A stretch of 64,000 nt of DNA from contig NMRA01000350.1 in NCBI GenBank assembly GCA_002633005.1, positions 69,642 through 133,641 of the forward strand, read 5' to 3'. How positions within the stretch are numbered: the first letter of the stretch is position 1; every line of letters starts with the position of its first letter. This stretch comes from Phoronis australis (lineage: Eukaryota; Animalia; Phoronida). Shown here one piece after another: positions 50,201 through 62,200 of the stretch. The position numbers and the translations under genes are program-made. The notes beneath the pieces were generated by a model that saw only the letters and a list, made by a program, of their open reading frames with translations, was not told where the DNA came from and did no database searches.

Positions 50201-53200
50201 CCTGCGTGCAGCTAGGTGGTAGCCAGCAGTAGCCCCATGGATATTAGTAAAGTGAAGTCTCGCGGCCTAACGCAAAAGTACGTGAGCAGGATTCAAAACT
50301 TTATTTCGCGCACGTCAAGCAAATTTTTGAGTTTGAAATTAATTCTATGTGTTTAAGGCAAACTAAATCGCGTATGTGAGCCATTCAAGTCGGATTATTG
50401 TTACGAAACGTGTCGGAATTAACTTGACAAGTTGTTGTTGATCGGCCCGCCTGCTGGCACAGTTCAACACAGGAATCGAGGAGTTTGGCCCAATGAAAAG
50501 GTTGAGCTAAATGGATAATTCTTTTCACTAGTTGAATTCTCAGTCGTTTACGATGAAATTTAGTTTGAATTTTGTGATTTTGTATGAATTTTGGCTCCAC
50601 CTAAATGTAATTTCTCATTCGTCACTACGTCTACAATAAATAAGCCATAGTATACCAATATATCCAAAATTCAGCAAGAGCGAAATTTTGCCATTTTTCA
50701 TGATTTTCAGAAGCTTATATATAATATTAGCATGAAAAGTGGTGGAAAATGAAAAGTATGCCAGCGAAATATTTAAACTTTTTTCTTTATATTGATATCC
50801 GTTTCAACAAATGGGGGCATTGATGAATATTTTTAAAAATCGAAGTACTGCAGCATTTGAGAAGGGGATACATTTTCAGTTGCTAAATGGCCTTTACTGA
50901 ACCGATTTTAATGATATGTATATCCAGGGGCAGTTCCAGGATTTTGTGTTAGGGGGACCAGAGCAGAATATTAGCCAGGATTTTGTCATTCAGGCATTGG
51001 CACTACCGATGTGCCAAATGGAATCTGGGAGAGTTTTTTTTTTTGGGGGGGGGGGGTTTGCAGCCCTCTTGCCCCCCCTCTAAATCCGCTATTGATGTCA
51101 AAATGTTTGCTAAAAATTCTGCCTTAAGTGTATTCTTTTATTTTTTTGATAAAAGTATGGGAAAAATTAAGTTTTTTTAATTTAATGTCTCTTCAATTTC
51201 TAACCTGGAAAAAGTCTACAAGTGTACTCTCAACGTAACAAATACTATCGTGTCCTAATCCATTCCTCATCATTTTTTTCATTTCATCTCACCATTTCCA
51301 TTTAGCAATACTTCCAAAAAAATTCAGTCATTTTTCAAGAATCATGCTGACCTTTCCAGGGTTAAAACTGAACTCAAATTTGATTGGTCAAATGGATTAA
51401 ACAGAACCAGTCAAAACTTCCCTAAATTACATAAAGTGACCCAAATTGGTGAAATATTTTCATTAAAACAGTACAGAATATTATTAAAATTCAATTTAAC
51501 TTCAGTTTTAGGGATAGATTCAGTCTATTTTCTTCAAAAAAAATTGTTACACGTTTTCTACCTTGTGGTGGTACTGTAATCAGTTTCATTTTAAAAAAAT
51601 TTTGCATTAAATAAATTGTTTATTCAAGGCTGCAGTGCATCAAAACCATTTAGAATATGAGTATGCTCTTTTTGGATGGTCATTAACACAACGGCTCTCA
51701 ATTCCTATATTATTTGATAGGAATGAAATTGATTTATATTTCATTGAAAGTTTATTGTCCAATTTAATTTTGTTTAATTAAAAATAGACATGATCATTTT
51801 TATCATATGGTGCATAACTTAAGATTGTGAAAACATTGATCTCACTTGGGGAAAAATAATAATTCATATAACCTCAAAGATTTTTGAATAAATGACGAAA
51901 TACTCTGAAAAAACTAGGTTTCTGGTTTTTGCTATTTTTGAATTCATTTGTTACACCAATTTCATTTCTAGAATTGTTTTAAAATATTTTGGAACATAAG
52001 AAATATTTTCACCGAACCATGGCAATTCTTGAAGTGTTTTGTCGTTTTAAAAATGGTTTGGTGACGTTGTCATGTTGTTAACATACTTGTAAAGGACTCT
52101 CTATCTTGTTTTAGCAACACAGTAAGCTATGGATTCCCAAATATAGTTGTCTAAACTTGATATTGTTTGTGGTCTGAAAATTTTGGGTGTTATTTGCTGA
52201 AAAAAGGCTATTTTTGAGGCTGTAAAAATTAAATAACTCGAGAGCCGCCTAAACAATTTAAAGAATATACATAAATGGCATGTCTAAAACTAACATTTTA
52301 GACTATTGAAGTGTTTCTGATGAAATTTGTATTTTGCTTTGCTCTGACTGCTCTATTTTGTAAAACATAGTACGCAAAGGGTGTTTTTGTATTCCTTCTC
52401 AGAAATGTATGCAACACTTTATGTAGTGTTGTTAAGTTTTTTCCTGTTTTTCAATGTAAAAATCAATTCCATTGTATATTCGTGTTGCCATTTTTCACTT
52501 AACAATTGTAAAGTAAGGCAGGGAAATTCCAGACCCCTGTTACTTACTCATTGGAACTGGGAAAATAAAGAAATGAGAAATGTGTATTTTGTGTGTGCTG
52601 TGCTATCTGATAACCACTAAAAATAAGACTGACAAAACACCTTTCATAACCTGAGTCTTTCCCTCTCATGTTGTCTATTTCAAATTTTGTGGTATTTTGT
52701 TTCATTTGGTGGTTTCATTTCAGGTTATAACTTTTTTCTTCTGCAGGCAAAAATATAACACTTAAAACTGAATTCCCTTCACTGTGTATATACTACAAAA
52801 ACTTAATTTATAAGAAATATATTTTCTTTCGAACGTTGAATATCTATTGGCGTCACAAAACCCTAAAGAATATTACAGTGCCAACTGGTCCTTCCAAATT
52901 TTGACTTCTTCAATTCACTGGTTATCTCCACTACTCAATAGTGGAACTGATTCTGTTGTGGCAATTAAACATTCACGCTCAATGCGATATTGAAGATTAG
53001 CTCAGTCTTTTGTTAAAAAGCCATAGAAGAGTCCTGGGGGAAGAGTTCACTTTCACAAAATCAAGTTCCAGATACAACTCTTCGTTCCACATTACTTTAT
53101 AAATATTCTATGTATTTGTGACATTTAGAGGATGTTCAGACACTGAAAGAGACAGATATACATCAGGTCTTAATGAGCATGCCCACCTTCATAATCATAA

Positions 53201-56200
53201 GTATCACTCGTCAAGAAACTGTGGAAAATACGTCAACTCAGTCGACATGGAGAGCATGATGTGCTGCTATTGAAAATATTGAGAGTCCCTTCTGATTACA
53301 TTCACGAAGCCCATTTTGAATGAGCAGCAAACAGGGTCATGCTGTAGTTGTTTGCGCGACATTCTTGTTATCCCCTCCATTTGTCAGTCTTTGCAGTATT
53401 CCACACCTTCTGTGTACCCTTGCATATTTGACTAGCTTTTGCTCTGTGGTGGTATTACTGTGTCATTTTATTTCCACTTAATGAAACAAGTATGTTTCGA
53501 AATATCGTTTGTTGTCTCTTGGTCAGTTTCTTTACCAATGCTCTGACGATACGAACGGAATGGAATAAAGATTGTTAACAGCAACAAGTGTCATGTATCG
53601 AACCAATTTTGCACAGTCGTAGCTATGTTTAGAAGTTGCCTTACAATGTACTTTTGGCCTATGATAGTAGTGACAGCAAGTTTTTGACACGCAAGTTTTG
53701 CAAATGATATGTCAATGTCAGTTAGCGTTTGGGGCTTCCCCCTGGAACAAATCTGTGTGAATTACAAATATTTATTGTGTAACGTTGTTACAAATTCATT
53801 TTTGTTGGTTAATACTTGTGCTTATGATTATGAGCTGATTCGTACAGTAATCTATTTAAACAAACACCGATACTAATTGCAACCAAAAATCAGCTGATGC
53901 GACTGTGTAAGTGTAAACATGGGAAAATCAGCTGAAGACGTTTCTGGCGTTAATAACTCATAACATGTCTGAATTATCTTGTGAATGTTTTAAATGACAT
54001 GACACAGAGCATTTTATTTTTACAAGTCTTAAAAACTCAAAAATTCAAGCAATTCAATTCATTACTTTAACAAATCTTGACTCAAGAAACGAGGGAACGC
54101 GACAGCTCCGTAAAACCGGAAACTTTCTATCCTGCGTGTGTGCAACGCCCTCTCATCGTTAGTGCTTATGTCCCGTGATCCGCGACATGCGCAACGCGCT
54201 CTAACGGGCGTTGTCAGTCCCTATCTATAGTAGCACGCGCTTTATCATTGGATATGTAACCTCCAGTGCTGTGGTGGTATAATTAGAGGTAAGTAGGCGC
54301 CCAGAGCCCCCCCGTATCACCTTGAGCACTGAACGTAACTTACGGTGCGTAGGCGCTACGTTCAAATGCCAAAAGGCGGTTGGCTGCGCCTACGTGCGCC
54401 TACGCCCCACTACAGCACTGGTAACCTCGGCAGTTATTGCTTAGTTTTACAACAAAATGAGAAGAAAATGGCGGTCCATGAACGAATTTTAGCCTACTGA
54501 TGCAAGTGGCAACTAGGTCGTTTCTGCAGTAATGTTTAATAGCCACGTGCTTGAAGCACCTACATGTACATGTAAATAAACACACATCTGGCCCATTTAA
54601 CTGGTGTGTTATGAATACAGGACAGAAACGTAAAAAAGTCAGCGATAATTGAAAGATGCACTCCGAAAAGGCGCAACCACAATTTTCTGGAATTCACATT
54701 TCTTGAACATGAATTGAACACCGAGTTTTTCGTACAACACACACAGTCACACTTTCTCCATCAGTCATGCAAATTTGTTTGCGTAAAGCGCTGCCTGTTG
54801 AGAATTTGACCAGCTAATCACAGACGTCGATGTAAAAAAATTCCTAAGGAATCTTAAGTGATACCTGCGTGCTGGCTACCACCTAGCGGCACACAGGGAA
54901 CCATCGAGCGCACCGCGATGCTCTGCGGAGGTAGTGTATGTTTTTAATTGAACTTTACCCTTTCACCATCGACGCCATCTCTGCCAGGAGCCCCTTCGTT
55001 TCCTGGTGGTCCAGTAGAACCCCTTTGTCCTGCGGCTCCTTGCTGTCCAGGCTCTCCTTGCGGACCTGTAGGACCTACAGGACCCTGCAAGAGAAAATCA
55101 CATCTATGGCTTAGATTGCCTTCGCTTTCAAATGTTATTTATGCAGTTCTAGTTGATGTTCAGATAATTTTTCGGACTGATTAGCTACAAGAAATATGAA
55201 TGACGAATGACCTATTTCATGTAAATAGGCCTTCCACCCTCATAAGAGGCAGAGCACACAAATACTAATTTACAACAAGAAACTCATTTCGACGTTTCTC
55301 AGCATGAATTGAATATTTATCATTTTTTTCTCAAGTTAATTAAATCATGGACATGTAGGAGATCCCTTAATACAGCTTCATCCACCTTATAGATTCTAGG
55401 TAAAAACGGTATGCACGAATCAGAATATAATTTACATCCGAGAGGAATGTGATTTCTGATTCCACCTTTCCACTATTGCAGAAGGGCCATGTTCTCTCCT
55501 CTCAATCAAGACCATCAAGCCTTACCTTAACTATTATTAAAGTATGGGCCGAGCATCTAAATCTTGCAATGGTTGCTCTAAGTGAACTGTTACCAAGACC
55601 TGTTATGTATTTCTCAATAACAACATAAAGTTTTACATGTTTATAAACATCTAACTATTGAGAAGACAAACTACATCCTTGTAGTGACCAAACTCGACCT
55701 GTTTTTCCTCTTAGATGAGCGTAGTGACCGACGCTGAAATGTAATGATTTGAAAATGTGTCATTGAAAGCTTTATTGAGAACCTTCGGGATCATCAAGTT
55801 CGTACTGGGGCAACCACGTAAGGAAAGTGGGAAAGCGCATTCTGACACTTTGTACATACCTGGTCACCCTTCTGTCCACCTGGGCCTGGATTTCCAGGAA
55901 CACCCTGTGTGCAGAAACAACGATGAATTAGTGAATATTGACGAACGGGTAACATGCAAACGAGTTCGAGTACAGGAGCTAGACCACAGAAACTCCTCTG
56001 CATTTCCCTCTATGTGCTCAAGAGTGTGCCGCAGGTACCGCTTTCAATCAAATTCGGTGAATTTACAACGTACACTCTGTTGAAGGCTAATTTTGATTGT
56101 GAAATGAAACTTTAAGTTCAAAACCAACACGGCTACATTCCGTATAGCAAGTTTCTTGCAAGGCAAGCAAGATATCGCCATTCATTATACGCAAAGCATG

Positions 56201-59200
56201 TGGTCATACTAGCTTCACTAGTGAGTGTCTTGCGTGTACGGAACGCATCCCAAGTAACAATAGCATAGGGAATTTACAATAAATTGTGTCACACCAGTAC
56301 GGCTCAGGTAAAACTCGCTTACAAAGATTATCAGTTAGACAAAAACAAATGTAATACAGTAACTGCTTGCCCTTCAAATGCACTGTTCAGTAGATACATG
56401 TACTTCGCTTGGATGGTTTCAATATAGATTTACATGGAACATTATCTACCAACTGATTTCGTTATGAAGTAAAAGATGGAGATTCTATGTCATTTGGGTT
56501 TCCCATTTGTAACCTTAAAATTCTTGAACTAAACACAACAACTGTATCTACTTTTAAGTTGTCTTGGAAAAAACATAGAGAGCAATAATTAAATATACAA
56601 ACATGGAACATAATAAAAAAAACGTAGCATACTGATCAGCTCTCAATTTTGTATGCTCACCCGTGACGTATATCCCAACATATGTTTCATCACTCGAGAA
56701 AACGCAATCACTTTTTCGATTGTTAACGCACAATTACTACAGTTTCAATCTTTGCTAGCAATGAGAGAAACGCCTTTTTTAGAAGAATGTTGATTGGTTT
56801 GCTTCGAAGAAAGCAACGTGACTGAAGTATTAAAACTGTTGTAAAAGTATGGACTGAGACACATGCTCTAACTTGTGCCGCCATCTTTTGCCAAGTTTGA
56901 TCACCTGTGTCTGAGACTCACTGGGTATACTTAGCACATGTAGTAACTAAACTGATGAAAATAACACCGTGTTCACATGAGAAATTCAGAAGCCAAATCA
57001 GTCACCTTGATGATTGTTGGCAAAGTCATCTACGAGTAATAATCAAAAATAGAGAACTTTAAATGTTTTTAGGTTTATTTTTACTTGTACCACAAAAGCG
57101 ACACCTTGTTTGATTGACTTTAAAAGCAGACTAGCAAAACGGCCCGGCAGGGAAGTACAGTTAGCTAACACTGTATACATGTACATGTAGTACGTCATTT
57201 TGTCGCCGCATCATTCTTAATAGAATATTTATGATCTGCATATTGCTACTGGCTACAGTACTGCACGAATGCACGGTGCATATCATTGAGGCAGACCCGT
57301 TGGCATGGTAACGATCAACAACAGTGCCAGTGCTGACTGGCAGTCATAAACAGACGAGCGGGCTGAATAATTTCAAAATCATTACCAAAAGTCGAATCTC
57401 AGATTAATAACGGATGACATTTTATTTCAAAGTGCTTAAATGACAAAATGTCACTTAATCAACAAAAAAGGATAAGCTTTCCACTTGAGTTTGTCGGCCA
57501 TCTTGTGCGTAGAAATATTTTTGTTTTCACGTTTAGCCCCTTACGGCAATGTCATAAACACTGATCACGTGGTGTTATAAGTAAAAGCAAAAGCACACGT
57601 AATATATTTTCATAGAATCTAACTCTCTCCATTAATGCGTGCAATTCTATCATTCTGATCAATCACGTGGTATCACCATGAATAAAGGGTGCCCAACCAA
57701 TAATTACGTCATTAGCTTTCTCACGGTAACAAGTTTGAAGGCAGATCTGCCGCATAATTTGTGGACACACCATGAGAAGGCAGATCAGACGTCTGACGAG
57801 CGTTCAGGTATAGTTTCAGACGGCGGGTCTGATGTTCGATCTACCATCTGACTAAACAGCATGTCAATGCTGTATAAGCGTCCAAAAACAACTTAAACTG
57901 GTCATGTTGTCTTCAAGGAAGTTTTAAGCTTTGTTGTTAACATTAAAGAGGAAATTCCATCAAATACTAAGAGCACTTACTCGTGGGTGGAGCTTGAACA
58001 TGGTCTATTGTTCGTTTTATTAAGGGCGATCTGAGGAGAGGTCCAATTATTGGCAATTTGTGGTTAGCGGATGTGCTACTCTGTGTTGGTTACAATCAAT
58101 TATCGATACAAAGCACAGTGCGAAGTCAAGCATTAATAAAATCCACATTTTTTCGTATTATTTTAATCCGAATGAAATGTCATAACCTACCAGCAGTCCA
58201 GTTACATGATTTGTGAAGATTTTCAAAACTTAAGTGACTATAATTCAGTGCCACGTCATTCAATGGCAATCTTTGAAATTAATAATTTATTTTTTACTGT
58301 CATGGAAAAGATATAGAACAACAATTCTACTTCGTACGCGCCTTATGTTTACAGAATGATTACCAAAGAAGACTCCCATAAATCCGTTTGCTACGCAAGC
58401 CAACACTGCGTGTAGTCGCCAACCGACTAGAGCGAAGTCTTTCTTGAAAATGCCCATAAATCACTGTATGAAAGTCGCAGCTAAGCGACGGGAAAACTTT
58501 TAGACGAGATCACACAGGAAATCTCGTTTTTATCAAAACTCGTGATATTTTATTGGACAATTCAAAGCTACTGAACTTCTGGACGTTGAATTGTTGAACA
58601 CACTTGTACATTCTTTTAAATCTACTGCGTAGACCGTAAAAACCAAATTAAGGCTCACGGCAATTCGATTGAAACAGCTTCGAAAGCTTAAAGTCTGTGT
58701 GATAAGAGACAACGATAATTTATTAAGAAGTGCAAACACTTACAGGTTCACCGTCCGCTCCTCTGGGTCCTTGGTTGCCAGTTTCCCCGGGGTATCCTGA
58801 AGGTCCCCTGGGTCCGGCCAACCCGGGAATACCCTGTTTCCCTCTCTTTCCTGCATTTCCGGACACACCGCGTAAACCCTGAGAAAAAAATCAGGGCAGC
58901 AATTACATTGGAGCAAATTACATTGCATGTTACGCGTGACCTTAACTCCCTCCAATTGCCAACTAGTAAAATTAATTTTATATTGCATTATGTTACTGTC
59001 AGTAATAAGACAATAATAATGATAATGGCAATGACAAGATCAATGGCGATATCCACGTCGATGGCGATGGCGATGGCGACGGCAATGGCAATGATTATTA
59101 TCATCATCACGTTACCATCACCAGCACCATCATCGTTGTTGTTATTTGATTCTTATTGTTATTAACATTATTATTATTGCACTCAGTAATCATTATGCAA

Positions 59201-62200
59201 GAATGTCACGAGAATGTACAGTGCATAGATATCACGCATCTGTCGTTAGGGGTTCCAAGTTGAGTAGGACCTCTCTGTACATCTTATAGGTCCGGCTATC
59301 TTTCAAAAGTTTCTGGAGGAAAAGTAACGACATTCCGATCGACTGATGCGTGTGGGGTCGTAAATGTTTGTTGTACTTTACTTATGCATTTATACCACGT
59401 ATCTCATTAATGGTATATGATCTTTTTACCCATACATGCTACTAGATTCTACTTTTTATATCTGGAAACGTGAGAGTTCGGAAGGCAATTAAACTTTCTA
59501 GACACACGTCGAACACACACACATACGTGCGTTTGCTCTTACGGGGAATTTCCGCAACCTGACCTCCCAAATGTACGGCCATGGGATTATATTTAGACGA
59601 TTGTTTAAATAATGAGCCATGAGTCCACTTTTGAAGTCACAATTGTAATTTCTCAGGGTTCCTAAAGTTTCTCGAAATGAATATCGAATATACGCGGGTC
59701 AGGCCAAAATAAGGTTTCGTTCACGTCCACAGTAAGCCACCCAGTCAGCTAGTTGTTTAGACGCCGGTTTTGATCATGTGTCATTTTAAAGAATATATTT
59801 GCAATTAAGGAAGCACCCATCTTGACCTATTTCACCCAGCGGAGCATTTTTATGCTCCCACATTTTTATGTGTCGACGCATTAAACAGTCGTCTCTGTCT
59901 GTCTGACCGTCCATCCAGCGTCCGGCGTCTGGCGTCCGCTGCTCTAACTCCAAAGCTTTCTACGTACGTTCATAAAATTTTGCACATATGTTTCTTTAAT
60001 AGATGGGACGGCATGAGCGAAATTTCGGATGGACCCCAATGTGCCACCTAGTCATAGTTTTTACGCATACCTCTTTATCTTCAAATGTCCTCAAAGTATT
60101 TTCATAAAATTTGGCATTTATTAGTGAGATGATGCTATCCTCCCGTTTTTGGATGGATTCGACGTAGTTTGCGTCTTGCGCCACGTAGTGGTCATTTTTG
60201 CGGTTTTTTTGAGTCTGTTTTTTGGCGTCCACCCCTCTATTAACCAAACCGCTCCAAGGATGATTGTGAAAATTGGAGTGTATGTTCTTGCTACGAAGCT
60301 GACGATGATTTTGCGACGACTTCGACAACTGTTGCGCCACCTAGTGGTAGTTTTATTTTGTTTCGCGCCCATAGCTGCATCTCTTAAACACGCTGCAGGA
60401 TCTTCATTAAATTTAGTAATTATATTTATATGAAACTAGCAACAGACGACAACGTCTTTTAGGCAGATCCAATGAACAGTGTGCCCCATAGTGGCAATTT
60501 CATTTTTTCCGTTTTCCTTTGTTTCTCTGAAGTTCCTAGACAGATTTTTATGAAATTTGGTAAATAGATTTCTATTAAAGAAACAATGACATTGTATCGT
60601 TTTCTGATGGAGTGGAGTTTTTGCGCCATCTATTGGCTATTTTTATGAAACAAATAAACAACCCTAGAATCACACCATTTGCGGTGCATTTGTGGGCGCA
60701 TTTCAACGCTCCGCGTTGCTCTTTTTCATATACATGTATAAGCCGCCCGTTTCTCAAAGTATGTCCGGCCGCTATTTTGCTAGTTGGGTACTAGAACAGC
60801 AAATCTGTACCCTTGGGCTTACTTTCAGAAATTCTCCGTTCTGACTAAACTGTATAAGTCTGTGTACTGAAGCATGTTCGTGCTTTGAACAGTTCAACGC
60901 AAGGTCTCATCTGGAATAGCATAGGTTTATTCAATAATCGCTTGTTATAAATCTAGCGTAGACTTTGAAAAGGTGTCATTTTTTATTTTGCTCGTGAAAA
61001 TATTTATTTACATCACCTTCTCTATAAGATTAGCACGAGTGTCTTCAATACGTATCAGATTATCGGTTGTCTTGGTGGATGGGTGCAACGGAGTGAATGG
61101 GAACCTGGATACGGTTTCCGAAGGATGTGCTTTTATTTCTAAATACAGTATCTAGTTACTTTTCAGGGTATTTTCTTCCTTATCGTAAAATCTAGAAATC
61201 TGATAGCCACACAAGTCTCCATAAATTCGAAATTTCCTAAACATAGCAGCATCGGTTTCATCATTCAAATATACATAGGAAACAAGATTGAGATTGAGTT
61301 GAATTGGTCAAATTTGAAATGGCTGTCCATCATTAGGGTTTGGCTCGCCATAATGCACAAGTTATGTTCTTCGTGGGTAATGACACAGAAAGGAAAAATT
61401 CGAAAAACATGCGTTGAACAGAAACTTGAGGTCTAGTTTCCAAATTGGATCTTCTGACAGCTAAATGGAAGAAGTACAGTTTTAAAAAATATAAATTATG
61501 ATCCTGAAGTTGCATCCGATTGCGTTTGTCGATCGAAAAAGTTTCGTTCGGCCGTTGTAGCAAATTATCGGCTGTTATTCTTGCCGGTACGACCACTTCA
61601 GTGTTAATAATTGATCTTAGTCTTGTATGTTATTAATTGCAACATACACACACGGGCACGCGTCCAGTACCGCACTTTGAACCAAGGAGCCTGACTCTGC
61701 AGCGCCGGTCATTTGATCCTCAAGTTACTATGAGAGGAGAAACTCGAAACATGATTATACGTTGTTTTAAAATGATAAGCGCCTTGCAGTCTTGGTCTGG
61801 ACTCTACACTAACGATCTGGTCTTTTCACCATTTCAGGTTATCATTCTAGCAGTCTTTTATGAATCGCTCATTTCATTTACATTAATGTCTAGATAGAAG
61901 AAATGTTCACTCAGTGGTTTCCGAAAAAATGCCACCTCACATTGCGACCTCTTTGGCGGACCAAAATGTGCATTTTATGAAAAAACAGGAAGGCTGATGT
62001 ACACATGTACCTAAATCGCTGTGAAAATAATCACGTGGGAATGTTGTTATTACCACCAGTACACCATGTGAAGAAAATTGGTGGATTTAAAACTGATACG
62101 GTCAGGTTGACAGGTGGAATGAAATTGTATTAAGACGTAATTATTGTTTGTAAAAAAGTCCAAATTATTCTTAATTTTTGAAATTCAATTAATGCTGGCC

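Noticed and set aside
50600-53900. Large AT-rich block, perhaps an old DNA transposon
   Set aside because: No termini or recognisable coding motif could be identified by eye.
54295-54330. Possible Gly-X-Y micro-exon
   Set aside because: Lies inside the hAT MITE and lacks proper frame and splice sites.
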